A stretch of 32,000 nucleotides of DNA from Candidatus Saccharimonadota bacterium (GCA_049942965.1 CP188088.1:300001-332000), one strand, 5' to 3'. Shown: positions 1 through 10,302, numbered from the stretch's first letter. Translations and numbers: made by a program. The notes: generated by a model not told the origin, from the sequence alone.

Positions 1-198
1 GTGCTCACATAGATTTTCTGATATTTTTAAAGAACGTATAAAAATAAAACATCTCTAATAATACAGATTTATTATTTAAAGTCAATAAATTTATTTACTT
101 TATTTGATTTATCTTTTACTTATTCGAAAAAAATACTTATAATTCAATAACAAATTAAAAAATTTTATTATAAATATTCAAATTTCTTATTTAAAAAA

Positions 199-1935
199 AT
201 GAACATAATTTCTATTTTATCTAAAAAAATTAAAAAATCACTAATACAATGTGGAGCTTCTGAGAATTGTGATCCTGTCTTAATCAAATCTACAAAAATA
301 TTAAACGTAGATTATCAAATTAACGGAATTATGAAAATAGCTAAACAACTAAAAGCAAATCCTATGATTTTAGCAAAAAAAGTTGTTTTATGTGTTGATT
401 TAAAACAAGAATGTCAAAAGATAGAAATCTTAAAACCAGGATTTATAAATTTAACTTTAAAAAAAAAATGGATTGAAAAAAAAATAGAAAAAATACAATT
501 TTGTACAAGATTTAAAATTAAGAAATCCAAAAATCCTAAAAAAATAATTATTGACTATTCTTCTCCTAACGTCGCTAAAGAAATGCACGTTGGACATCTT
601 AGATCTACAGTAATTGGAGATTCTATAGTAAGAATATACGAATTTTTTGGTCATAAAGTAATAAGAGCAAATCATATTGGAGATTGGGGAACACAATTTG
701 GGATTTTAATAACCTATTTAAAACTAAATAAAATAAAAATTAATAAAGTAACATTAAAAGAAATGGAAGATTTTTATAAAATAGCAAAAAAAAAATATCA
801 ATCAGATGAAAACTTCTCTCAATTATCTAGAAAAAATATTTTAAAACTACAAAAAAAAGATAAAGATATATATTCAATTTGGAAAAAAATAGTCCATGTA
901 ACAAATATAAAAAATGAAAAAATATACAAAAAAATGAAAATAACATTAAGAAATCAAAATATTATGGCAGAAAGTTCATATAGAAATATGTTACCACAAA
1001 TTATAAAGGATTTAATTAAAAAAAAAATAGCAAAAAAAAAAAATAATGCTGTAATTGTATTTCTAAATGAATTTAAAAATAAATTTTCAAAACCAATGGG
1101 AGTTATTATCCAAAAATCAGATGGAGCATTTTTATACAGTACAATAGATATTGCATGCATGAAATACAGAGCAGAAACACTAAAAGCAAAAAGAATAATT
1201 TATTTTACTGATAGTAGACAAAAACGACACTTGGAACAAGTACAATTGATTGCTAAAAAAGCTAATTATATATCAGAAAAGATAGAAATAAAACACTATA
1301 TGTTTGGTATGGTGCTTACTAAAAACAACACCCCTTTTAAAACTCGTAGTGGAAATACTATTAAATTAATGGATTTATTAAATGAAGCTATAAAAAAATC
1401 AAAGATTCTAATTTCTAGAAAAAATCCAAAATTATCAGATTATGAATTGAATTTAATCTCAAAAAAAATTGGAATTGGAGCAATAAAATATTTTGATTTA
1501 TCTAAAAACAGATCTACCAATTATGTATTCGATTGGAATTCTATACTTAACTTAAAAGGAAATACTTCTCTGTATATACAGTATACTTATGTAAGAATTT
1601 TATCCCTCATTAAAAAATCTAAAATAGAAATGCAAAACTTAAAACAAAAAAAATATTTCTTTCTAGAACAAAGAACAGAAATTCAATTAAGTTTAAAAAT
1701 TTTACAGTTTGAAGAAACATTAAAAAAATCAATCATAAACGGATATCCTCATATAATATGTTCATATTTATATGATTTATCAGTAACATATTCAAATTTT
1801 TATGAAAATTATAACATTTTACTTGAAAAAAATAAAAAAATAAGAATTAGTAGATTGAGGATATCATCTTTAACGTCTAAAGTTCTAAAAAAGGGACTAT
1901 ACTTATTGGGAATAAGTACAGTTAATTATATTTAA
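199..1935 (+). CDS. argS: Arginine--tRNA ligase (ArgRS), 578 aa
   Basis: Colinear over its full length with E. coli ArgRS (577 aa). The N-terminus MNIISILSKKIKKSLIQCGA compares with [20 protein letters not shown]. Class I HIGH region SSPNVAKEMHVGHLRSTVIGD, then RANHIGDWGTQFG, GVIIQKSDGAFLYSTIDIA and GIGAIKYFDLSKNR are all present. Confidence 0.96.
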   Translation: MNIISILSKKIKKSLIQCGASENCDPVLIKSTKILNVDYQINGIMKIAKQLKANPMILAKKVVLCVDLKQECQKIEILKPGFINLTLKKKWIEKKIEKIQFCTRFKIKKSKNPKKIIIDYSSPNVAKEMHVGHLRSTVIGDSIVRIYEFFGHKVIRANHIGDWGTQFGILITYLKLNKIKINKVTLKEMEDFYKIAKKKYQSDENFSQLSRKNILKLQKKDKDIYSIWKKIVHVTNIKNEKIYKKMKITLRNQNIMAESSYRNMLPQIIKDLIKKKIAKKKNNAVIVFLNEFKNKFSKPMGVIIQKSDGAFLYSTIDIACMKYRAETLKAKRIIYFTDSRQKRHLEQVQLIAKKANYISEKIEIKHYMFGMVLTKNNTPFKTRSGNTIKLMDLLNEAIKKSKILISRKNPKLSDYELNLISKKIGIGAIKYFDLSKNRSTNYVFDWNSILNLKGNTSLYIQYTYVRILSLIKKSKIEMQNLKQKKYFFLEQRTEIQLSLKILQFEETLKKSIINGYPHIICSYLYDLSVTYSNFYENYNILLEKNKKIRISRLRISSLTSKVLKKGLYLLGISTVNYI

Positions 1936-2042
1936 TAAAAATAAAACTTACTAGAAATAAATTTTATTAAAATACATTTTTAAATATGTAAATATATTTT
2001 TTGATATTTTTAAAAATAATACAAATGTCACTGTATTTAAAA

Positions 2043-4160
2043 TTAATTTTTTCCAATTATATTAACTGATTTGATAATTTTATTATCAACATATAATTCT
2101 GAATTAGATAAAACAGCTAATTCTGGAAATCTTTGTCTTAAAAAGTAAGATATATATTCCCTCAATTCATTTTGTACTAATAAAACAATTGGTAAATTTA
2201 AGGTTTTTTGTTTATTTATAGCAATTTCAGTTTGGTAAAAAACTTTTTCTGATAAATTAGGTTCAATTTTTCCTTCACTAGATTGAATAATTTGAAAAAA
2301 TAGTTTTTCTAATTGACGATCTAAAGTTATAACTTCAATAACTTTAACATTTTTTGGAAAAAATTTTTGAGTAATAATTTTACCCAATGCAATTCTTACA
2401 AAAACTGTTAATTGTTGAGGCTGATTTTGAATACTTGAATCCTGTTCAATTAACGTTTCTATTATAGTTCGAATGTCTTTAATAGGAACATTTTCGAATA
2501 ATAAATTATACATGACTCTATGAAAAACAGTTAAATTAATTAAGTTAGGAATTAAATCTTCAACTAATTTAGGGATATCTTTTGATACACACTCAATAAG
2601 ACTTTTAGCTTCTTCCCTACCAAATAATTTATGAGAATGGTCTAACATTAATTTATTTAAATGAGTAACTATTACAACACTAGAAGTAACAACTGTATAT
2701 CCTATTTTTTTTGCTTCCTCTACTTCATCATTATCAATCCAATATGCGTCTAATCCAAAAGAAGGTTCATGTATTAAATTATGTTTACTTGATATTTTAT
2801 CATTATCAAATTTAATATTTCCAGAATTAATAGACAAAAAACGATCAATAAAAACAGTTCCATAACCAACTTCTACACCTCTAATTAAAATTCTATAATT
2901 GTCCTTATCTAAATTAGGATTACCATAAATATGAATTTTAGACGGTAAAAATCCAACATCCTTAGCAAATTTTTTCCTAATTAAAGAAATTCGATATTTC
3001 AAATCTTGATTCAGTTTAGAATCAATTAAAGATAATAAAGAAGATCCTATTTCTATACCTAACACATCCTCTAAACGTATATCTTTCCAAGAAGGATCTT
3101 CAATTAATGTATTTCTTTCATTAATATTTTTTTCGTTTGTTAAAAATTGTTTAAACGTTTTTTTTGAATTGTTTTTATACAATTTCCAAGAAAAAAACAT
3201 CAATAACGAAGAAAAGGATAAAAAAATAAAATTTGGCATACCAGGAACTAATCCTAAAATTCCTAATACAATAGAACTCAAAAAAATTACTCTAAAATCA
3301 CAAAGCAGCTGGCTTACTATTTGTTCACCAACATTTTGTTCTGTAGTTACCCGTGTAACTATTACCCCAGCAGCTGTAGAAATTACTAAAGCAGGGATTT
3401 GAGCTACTAATCCGTCTCCTATTGTCAATAAAGTATACACTTTTGCTGCTTGTGCTAATTCCATCTGATGTTGAAATACAGCAATGACCAAACCACCAAT
3501 AACATTAATGATCATTATCAATATTCCAGCTATTGCATCTCCTCTAACAAATTTACTCGCCCCATCCATAGAACCATAAAAATCAGCTTCTTGAGAAATT
3601 TCTATTCTACGATTTTTAGCTTCTTTTTCTCCTATTATTCCAGTATTTAAATCAGCGTCAATTGCCATTTGTTTACCTGGCATTCCATCTAATATAAAAC
3701 GAGCTCCAACTTCTGCAATTCTTCCAGCTCCTTTAGTAATAACCATAAAATTAATTATTACTAATATAATAAATACAATGCTTCCAATTGCAAAATTTCC
3801 ACCAACTAAAAAATGTCCAAATGATTCTACTACATATCCTGCTGCTGCTGATCCAGTATGACCATTTAATAATATGATTCTAGTAGAAGCAACATTTAAA
3901 GCCAATCTTAATAAAGTTGAAAATAACAAAATACTTGGAAAAGCAGCAAAATCTAATATGTTTTTAGTAAACATAGCCGACAATAATATCATTACTGACA
4001 AAGCTATATTAAATGTAAAAAACAAATCCAAAATAAAAGATGGCAACGGAATTATTACCATAGATAATATAATTAATATTAATATTGGACCAGATAATAC
4101 GTGCCATTGAAAAGACTTAAAACTATTTACAATTTTAGACGTTGTAATAAAATTAAACAT
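2043..4160 (-). CDS. flhA: Flagellar type III export apparatus protein FlhA
   Basis: Strong identity to E. coli FlhA: FQWHVLSGPILILIILSMVIIPLPSFILDLFFTFNIALS, GARFILDGMPGKQMAIDADL, FYGSMDGASKFVRGDAIAG, LLTIGDGLVAQIPALVISTAAG. The longest ORF starts at 4187. I prefer the ATG at 4160 because MFNFITTSKIVNSFKS-FQW has the same spacing as E. coli MSNLAAMLRLPANLKS-TQW, and a purine-rich AAGAGAG lies upstream. That start overlaps the flhB stop by 8 nt. Confidence 0.93.
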   Translation of the reverse strand: MFNFITTSKIVNSFKSFQWHVLSGPILILIILSMVIIPLPSFILDLFFTFNIALSVMILLSAMFTKNILDFAAFPSILLFSTLLRLALNVASTRIILLNGHTGSAAAGYVVESFGHFLVGGNFAIGSIVFIILVIINFMVITKGAGRIAEVGARFILDGMPGKQMAIDADLNTGIIGEKEAKNRRIEISQEADFYGSMDGASKFVRGDAIAGILIMIINVIGGLVIAVFQHQMELAQAAKVYTLLTIGDGLVAQIPALVISTAAGVIVTRVTTEQNVGEQIVSQLLCDFRVIFLSSIVLGILGLVPGMPNFIFLSFSSLLMFFSWKLYKNNSKKTFKQFLTNEKNINERNTLIEDPSWKDIRLEDVLGIEIGSSLLSLIDSKLNQDLKYRISLIRKKFAKDVGFLPSKIHIYGNPNLDKDNYRILIRGVEVGYGTVFIDRFLSINSGNIKFDNDKISSKHNLIHEPSFGLDAYWIDNDEVEEAKKIGYTVVTSSVVIVTHLNKLMLDHSHKLFGREEAKSLIECVSKDIPKLVEDLIPNLINLTVFHRVMYNLLFENVPIKDIRTIIETLIEQDSSIQNQPQQLTVFVRIALGKIITQKFFPKNVKVIEVITLDRQLEKLFFQIIQSSEGKIEPNLSEKVFYQTEIAINKQKTLNLPIVLLVQNELREYISYFLRQRFPELAVLSNSELYVDNKIIKSVNIIGKN

Positions 4161-5316
4161 TGTTTTCTCTCTTATATTTTTTTTCATCTAAAATAGACAA
4201 ACTAGTTGGTTTCTCTGGAAATTTACCTCCGTTTTTTTTCCATTGTTGTACTTTCCATGCCCATGCTAATACTTCAGCTACTACTGTATAAAATTTACTA
4301 GGAACATAATGACCAACTAAAACATGACGATATAAAATACGTGCTAAAATTGGACTAGAAATTATTGGAACATAATTCTTTTTTCCTAAACTACAAATTT
4401 TTAATGCTATTGTTCCAGTTCCTTTTGCTAAAACCTTTGGAGCATGCATGGTTTTTTCATCATATACTAATGCAACTGCATAATGTACTGGATTAGTAAT
4501 AATTACATTTGCTTTAGGAACATCAATTGCTATCTTCCGTTTGGAAGACATTCGCATTTCATTTCGAATACGAGACTTAGTGATTGGATTTCCTTCTATA
4601 TATTTTAATTCATCTCGTATTTCTTGACGACTCATTCTTAAATTTTTAAGATATCGATAATTATCTAATAATATATCAAAGAAAATAATTGGCAAAATAA
4701 ATAAAATTAAATAAAAACAACAACAATAGATTGTATTTATTCCTAATAGAAAAAATACATTCATTTTATTTACTAAAAATAAAGAATCTAAATTTTTAAT
4801 ATTATATTTATTAAAAAATAAAATACAAAATAATATTAAATAAAAAACTTTACATGTTAATTTACAAAAGTCCATAATTGAATTGTAAGAAAATATATTT
4901 TTTATTCCTTTCAATAAATTAATTCTTGAATATCTAATCCTTAAAAAATTAAAACTAATAAAACGACCATGTAATATTAAATAATTCGAAATTAAAATAG
5001 TTAACAAACTAATGAAAATTAATACACAATAGAAAAATAAGGTTTGAAAAAAATCACATAATACAATTCGTATTATTCTATCAAGATGTTCTGACCTAAA
5101 ATTTCTACTAAAAAAAAAACAAACTTGCATCACATTTTGAAATTTAGAAAAAATTGTAAAATATAAAAATCGAAAACCTAATAAAAAAAATATTAATATT
5201 ACAATTGAATTTATATCTCTAGAATTTTTATTAAATTCTCCTTTTTTATAAACTTTTTTCAATCTATAATGAGTGGGTTTTTCTGTTTTTTCATCGTTTG
5301 ATTGATAAGTAGACAC
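4153..5316 (-). CDS. flhB: Flagellar type III export apparatus protein FlhB (substrate-specificity switch), 387 aa
   Basis: N-terminus DEKTEKPTHYRLKK compares with E. coli DDKTEAPTPHRLEK. The cytoplasmic domain LRMSRQEIRDELKYIEGNP, DVPKANVIITNPVHYAVAL and VAEVLAWAW matches FlhB. The gene sits immediately upstream of flhA, as in enterobacteria. Confidence 0.93.
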   Translation of the reverse strand: MSTYQSNDEKTEKPTHYRLKKVYKKGEFNKNSRDINSIVILIFFLLGFRFLYFTIFSKFQNVMQVCFFFSRNFRSEHLDRIIRIVLCDFFQTLFFYCVLIFISLLTILISNYLILHGRFISFNFLRIRYSRINLLKGIKNIFSYNSIMDFCKLTCKVFYLILFCILFFNKYNIKNLDSLFLVNKMNVFFLLGINTIYCCCFYLILFILPIIFFDILLDNYRYLKNLRMSRQEIRDELKYIEGNPITKSRIRNEMRMSSKRKIAIDVPKANVIITNPVHYAVALVYDEKTMHAPKVLAKGTGTIALKICSLGKKNYVPIISSPILARILYRHVLVGHYVPSKFYTVVAEVLAWAWKVQQWKKNGGKFPEKPTSLSILDEKKYKRENNV

Positions 5317-5510
5317 AATAATTTCCTTAAATTTACTTTAAATAAAAAACAAACAAAAAAATAATATAATTTATTTTTATAATAGGAGCAAGTAGATATC
5401 TTAATTTTAAAACATCATATAAATTTGATTAAATAATAACAAAATAAATAAATCAATTTAAAAATCTTGTAAGATAATATCTTTTATAACTTATAAATTT
5501 AAAAAAAATA

Positions 5511-6704
5511 ATGAAAACAACAAACTATTGTCTCTTTACTATAAAAAATATAAATACAAAATCTAGAATTAGTATAAGTCATAAATTAATGCTAAAGGCT
5601 GGATTAATCAGACAACTATCTTCTGGAACGTATATCTGGTTACCAATAGGTATAAAAGTGATTAAAAAAATCAAAAATATAATTAGAACAGAACTGGATA
5701 ATATTGGGGCACTAGAAATTCATATACCAACTATACAATCTGCAAAAATTTGGGAGAAAAGTGGAAGAAAAAAAATATATGGAAAAGAACTATTTAAATT
5801 TCTAGATCGTAAAAATAATGAATTTGTTTTAGCTCCTACAAACGAAGAAGTTATAACTAATTTGATTAAACAAGAAATACATTCTTATAAAGAATTACCA
5901 ATAATTCTGTATCAAATACAAAATAAATATAGAGATGAAATTCGAGCAAGAGCAGGAGTTGTTCGATCAAGAGAATTTATTATGAAAGATGCTTATTCTT
6001 TTCATGAAAATTCTAAATCTTTGAATGATACATATGAGAAAATGATAAACGTATATGAAACAATATTTAAAAAAATGAAATTGAAATTTAATTTAAAAAA
6101 AGCAAACTCTAGTCATATTGGAGGTGACATTTCTCATGAATTTCAAATAAATGTAGATAAAATACTAAAAAACAAAGATATAAAATATGAAAATATTGAC
6201 AATGATCCTATAGAAATAGCACACATTTTTCAAATTAAAAAAAAATATACATCGATTTTCAATACCAAAATACAAAATAAAAAGGGAATAGAAAAAATTA
6301 TTACAATGGGTTGCTATGGTATAGGAATAACTAGGTTAGTAAGTGCTATTATTCAACAACATCATGATAAAAAAGGTATTATTTGGCCAAATCTTTTATC
6401 TCCTTTTCAAGTTGTAATAATACCTATAAATTTATATAAATCAAAAATAGTAAAAAATATTTCCATTGAAATATATAAAACTTTAAAACAAAATAAATTT
6501 GATGTTCTGTTTGATGATAGAAAAGAAAGAACTGGAGTTATTTTTAGCGAAATGGATTTGATCGGTATTCCACATCAAATTATCATTAGTGAAAAACTTT
6601 TAAAAAATAACGAAATAGAATACCGAGATAGGAAAAATCATATTTCTAAAATTTTAGAAAAACAAAACATAGTAAACTTTATTACAAGAAAAATAAAAAA
6701 ATAA
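5511..6704 (+). CDS. proS: Proline--tRNA ligase (ProRS), shortened to 397 aa and lacking the INS editing domain
   Basis: N-terminus ISHKLMLKAGLIRQLSSGTYIWLP compares with E. coli [24 protein letters not shown]. Motif 2 FRDEIRARAGVVRSREFIMKDAYSF, motif 3 MGCYGIGITRLVSAIIQQ and the anticodon-binding end FSEMDLIGIPHQIIIS are present. About 175 aa between SHEFQ and IAHIFQ are absent relative to the 572-aa E. coli enzyme. Confidence 0.93.
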   Translation: MKTTNYCLFTIKNINTKSRISISHKLMLKAGLIRQLSSGTYIWLPIGIKVIKKIKNIIRTELDNIGALEIHIPTIQSAKIWEKSGRKKIYGKELFKFLDRKNNEFVLAPTNEEVITNLIKQEIHSYKELPIILYQIQNKYRDEIRARAGVVRSREFIMKDAYSFHENSKSLNDTYEKMINVYETIFKKMKLKFNLKKANSSHIGGDISHEFQINVDKILKNKDIKYENIDNDPIEIAHIFQIKKKYTSIFNTKIQNKKGIEKIITMGCYGIGITRLVSAIIQQHHDKKGIIWPNLLSPFQVVIIPINLYKSKIVKNISIEIYKTLKQNKFDVLFDDRKERTGVIFSEMDLIGIPHQIIISEKLLKNNEIEYRDRKNHISKILEKQNIVNFITRKIKK

Positions 6705-6725
6705 AAAAACTAATAATAAAATAAC

Positions 6726-9700
6726 TTATTTTTTTTTATATGAAATATAAAAATTTTTTTCTCCACATAGTGCTTTTATTTCATATAAAAACAAATCCGT
6801 AACATTAATTAACCATTCTGTTCCTAGCTGAAATTTAGAACATAAGGAATTATTTAAATAATTAAATTTTATACATATTGGTGTAGTTCCAAGAAAAGAA
6901 TGTTTTTTTAAAATTTTAGATAAAGATTTTAAAAAAAATAAATCAGTGTTTATTTCATTCAAATATATAAAACATTTCTTTATATATTTATTTCTAAACA
7001 TTTGTATATCTAAAAGATTACGAACAACAAATCTATGATTTAAAAAATTATTATTATAACTACAAGAAATATAGCCATTAACTATAATAACATTATCTTT
7101 TACAATAAAATCTTTATATTTTTCATATACATCTGAAAAAAAAATAAGCTCTATGATTGAAGAATTATCATCTAACATTAATGTTAGAATAATTGTATTT
7201 TTAGTAGTTATTCTTTTTTTACTTTGTTGTATAACTCCCATTATATTACAAATATATTTATTTCTTTTTTTTAAAACATCAGAAATCCTACAAATATCAA
7301 ATACAAATTTAATTTCTTTAATATATATATAAATCGGATGACTACTTAAGTAAAAACCAAACACATCTTTTTCAAAAATTAATTTATCTAAGTCAGTCCA
7401 AATTATATTTTTAGAAACAACAAATTCATTTTTTATTTTATTAATTATTTTTTCTTTAGAAATATTAAATATAATATTTTGTTTTGTTTTTTTTTCGATT
7501 AAATATTGACGAGACGACTGAATAATTTTAGGTAACATATTTACTAAAACTTCACGATCTATATCGAAAACATCTAAAACTCCAGATTTAATTAATTTTA
7601 ACAAAACTATACGAGTTAATTTTTTATGATCAATTCTAATACATAAATCAAATAGATCTAAAAAGATTCCTTTTTTTTTTCTATTCTCTAAAATAGAAAA
7701 AATTACACTTTTACCTATTCCTTTAATCATTCCAAGACCAAAAACTATTTTTTTATCTTTACTAACAAAAAAATCATATTCACTTAAATTAATATTCGGA
7801 AGTAAAAAATTTATTTTCATTCGATTTACTTCTTTAATGATTAAAAAAAGTTTTTTAGTATTATCCATTTCTTCTGTTAATATTGAAGCAAAAAATTCTA
7901 ATGGATAATTAACTTTTAGCCATAAAGTTTGATATGATAATAATGCATATGCTGCTGAATGAGATTTATTAAACCCATAACCCGAAAATTTTTCTAATAA
8001 ATCAAAAATTTTAATTGATAAACTTGAATTTATATTATTTTTACTAGCTCCATTTTTAAAAATTTCTCTCTGTTTAATCATTTCTTCTGGTTTTTTTTTT
8101 CCCATAGCTCTTCGTAAAATGTCAGCTTGAGATAATGTATATCCAGCTAGTGTTTGTGCGATTTGCATTACTTGTTCTTGATATAAAATAATTCCATAGG
8201 TAGATTTTAAAATTGGTTTTAAAGAAATATGTTGCCATTTTTTATCAGGATAAAAAATTTCCTCTAATCCATGCTTTCTAGAAATAAAATTATCAACCAT
8301 TCCAGATTGTAATGGTCCTGGACGAAACAAAGCAATTAAAGAAATTAAATCTTCAAATGAATCAGGTTTTAATCGATTTATTAAATTCTTCATTCCTTTC
8401 GATTCCAGCTGAAATATTCCTATAGTTTCTGCTGTTTGTAAAAAATCATAACATTTAATTTCATTTAAATTAATACAATTGATATTTAACAAAGGCTGTT
8501 TTTTTGCTTTTTTAATTTTATTAATCATTTTTACTGCATAACTAATAATAGTTAAGGTTTTTAAACCTAAAAAATCAAATTTAACTAATCCAACACTTTC
8601 AATATCATCTTTATCAAATTGAGTAATTTGATTTTTACCTTCTTCGTCGAAATATAAAGGAGAAAAATTAGTTATTTCAGTTGGAGATATAACTACACCA
8701 CCAGCATGTTTTCCAACATTTCTAGTTACTCCTTCTAATTTCTTAGATAAATCTATTACTGTTTTAACATTTTTATCACTATTATAAATTGATAATAATT
8801 CACTATTTATGGAAAATGCTTTCTTTAACGTAATTCCTGGATCTAAAGGAATTTTTTTAGAAATACTATTCATAAATCCATAGTTGTAACCTAAAGCTCG
8901 TCCAACATCTCTAATCACTGCTTTTGCAGTCATAGTACCAAAAGTAATTATTTGAGAAACTGAATTTTTACCATATAAATTTGACACATGCTCGATTACT
9001 AAATCACGCTGTTTCATACAAAAGTCTATATCAAAATCTGGTAAAGAAACTCTATTTATATTTAAAAAACGCTCAAATAACAAATTAAATGATAATGGAT
9101 CCAACTCTGTAATCGATAAACAATATGCAACCAATGATCCAGCTCCAGATCCTCGTCCTGGACCTACTGGAATTTTTTTTTTCTTTGCCCATTCTATAAA
9201 TTCCATAACAATTAAAAAATAACCTGAAAACCCCATAGAACTAATAACTTTTAGTTCTAATGATAAACGTTCGTCATACTTATGACGAATATTAGATCTA
9301 ATACTTTTATTAGGAAAATTTTGCCTTAATCGTTTTTCTAATCCTTTTTTTGATTTAACAACTAAAAAATCTTTTGTGCTCAATTTTCCTGTAAAAAAAT
9401 TAGGAAGAAACCTATGTCCTAAATTCAAAAATACATTACATCTTTTAGCAATTTCTAATGTATTGAAAATCGACTCTGGAATATCAGAAAATAATTCATT
9501 CATTTCTTCATTAGTTTTTAAATATTGATTATCAGTATATTTATTTAAAAAACACGGATCATTTATAGATACCCCTTGATTAATTGAAACACGTATCGTA
9601 TGTTCATAAAAATCTTTCTTATGAAGAAAACAACAAAAGTTTGTCGCAACTACTGGTATTTTTTTTGAAAGTGCTACATTAATAGCAATTTCTAAATATT

Positions 9701-10250
9701 TGTTTTCATTAGAAAAACCTAACCTGTTTAATTCAATATAAAAAGAGTCAGGAAAATATTTTCTATAAAAACTAATACATTTTTTAAAACAATTAAAATT
9801 TCCTTTAATCAAATTTATTCCAATATCTCCAAAACAACCTCCAGATAAAATAATTAATCCTTGGTTGTATTTTGATAACCATTCTTGTTTTATAAAAACA
9901 TCATTTCCTATATTTTTATATCTATTTTGATATGCTTTAGAAATTAAAATAATTAAATTCCTATATCCTTCATTATTTTTTGCTAATAGTGTCAATTTTG
10001 AAAATTTATTTCTTCCTTCTAAAAAACTAGATTGTATTGTACAATCAGTTCCTATAATTGGTTTTAATCCCAATTTATTAGATATTTTATAAAATTTTAT
10101 TATTCCAAATAAATTATTTAAATCTGTAATTGCAATTGCTGGAAAACCTAGCTTAGATGCATTTTGAACTAATTCTTTAGGTTTATGAATTCCATCAAAC
10201 AATGAATAGTCACTATGAACTCGTAAATGAACAAATTGGCTATTAATCAT
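6726..10250 (-). CDS. dnaE: DNA polymerase III alpha subunit, 1174 aa
   Basis: PHP-domain N-terminus FVHLRVHSDYSLFDGI compares with E. coli FVHLRVHSDYSMIDGL. VGPGRGSGAGSLVAYCLSITELDP, LPDFDIDFC, FRPGPLQSGM and FNKSHSAAYALLSYQTLWLK are present, and the length matches E. coli (1160 aa). Confidence 0.96.
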   Translation of the reverse strand: MINSQFVHLRVHSDYSLFDGIHKPKELVQNASKLGFPAIAITDLNNLFGIIKFYKISNKLGLKPIIGTDCTIQSSFLEGRNKFSKLTLLAKNNEGYRNLIILISKAYQNRYKNIGNDVFIKQEWLSKYNQGLIILSGGCFGDIGINLIKGNFNCFKKCISFYRKYFPDSFYIELNRLGFSNENKYLEIAINVALSKKIPVVATNFCCFLHKKDFYEHTIRVSINQGVSINDPCFLNKYTDNQYLKTNEEMNELFSDIPESIFNTLEIAKRCNVFLNLGHRFLPNFFTGKLSTKDFLVVKSKKGLEKRLRQNFPNKSIRSNIRHKYDERLSLELKVISSMGFSGYFLIVMEFIEWAKKKKIPVGPGRGSGAGSLVAYCLSITELDPLSFNLLFERFLNINRVSLPDFDIDFCMKQRDLVIEHVSNLYGKNSVSQIITFGTMTAKAVIRDVGRALGYNYGFMNSISKKIPLDPGITLKKAFSINSELLSIYNSDKNVKTVIDLSKKLEGVTRNVGKHAGGVVISPTEITNFSPLYFDEEGKNQITQFDKDDIESVGLVKFDFLGLKTLTIISYAVKMINKIKKAKKQPLLNINCINLNEIKCYDFLQTAETIGIFQLESKGMKNLINRLKPDSFEDLISLIALFRPGPLQSGMVDNFISRKHGLEEIFYPDKKWQHISLKPILKSTYGIILYQEQVMQIAQTLAGYTLSQADILRRAMGKKKPEEMIKQREIFKNGASKNNINSSLSIKIFDLLEKFSGYGFNKSHSAAYALLSYQTLWLKVNYPLEFFASILTEEMDNTKKLFLIIKEVNRMKINFLLPNINLSEYDFFVSKDKKIVFGLGMIKGIGKSVIFSILENRKKKGIFLDLFDLCIRIDHKKLTRIVLLKLIKSGVLDVFDIDREVLVNMLPKIIQSSRQYLIEKKTKQNIIFNISKEKIINKIKNEFVVSKNIIWTDLDKLIFEKDVFGFYLSSHPIYIYIKEIKFVFDICRISDVLKKRNKYICNIMGVIQQSKKRITTKNTIILTLMLDDNSSIIELIFFSDVYEKYKDFIVKDNVIIVNGYISCSYNNNFLNHRFVVRNLLDIQMFRNKYIKKCFIYLNEINTDLFFLKSLSKILKKHSFLGTTPICIKFNYLNNSLCSKFQLGTEWLINVTDLFLYEIKALCGEKNFYISYKKK

Positions 10251-10302
10251 CTATTACCTGTTTTATATTAATTAATGCGAAATAATGTTTTTATCTTTAT
10301 TT

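Noticed and set aside
1-58. A frame open from the left edge to TAA at 56-58 (…CSHRFSDIFKERIKIKHL*) could be the 3' end of an upstream plus-strand gene.
   Set aside because: The stretch is only 18 codons, and I roughly estimate a 10-20% chance of staying open by chance. I cannot identify the peptide, so no feature is called.
1936-2042. The argS/flhA convergent spacer was scanned for a terminator hairpin, with AAATAT...ATATTT seen around 1982-1999.
   Set aside because: It forms only a 6-bp all-A:T stem, which is indistinguishable from background.
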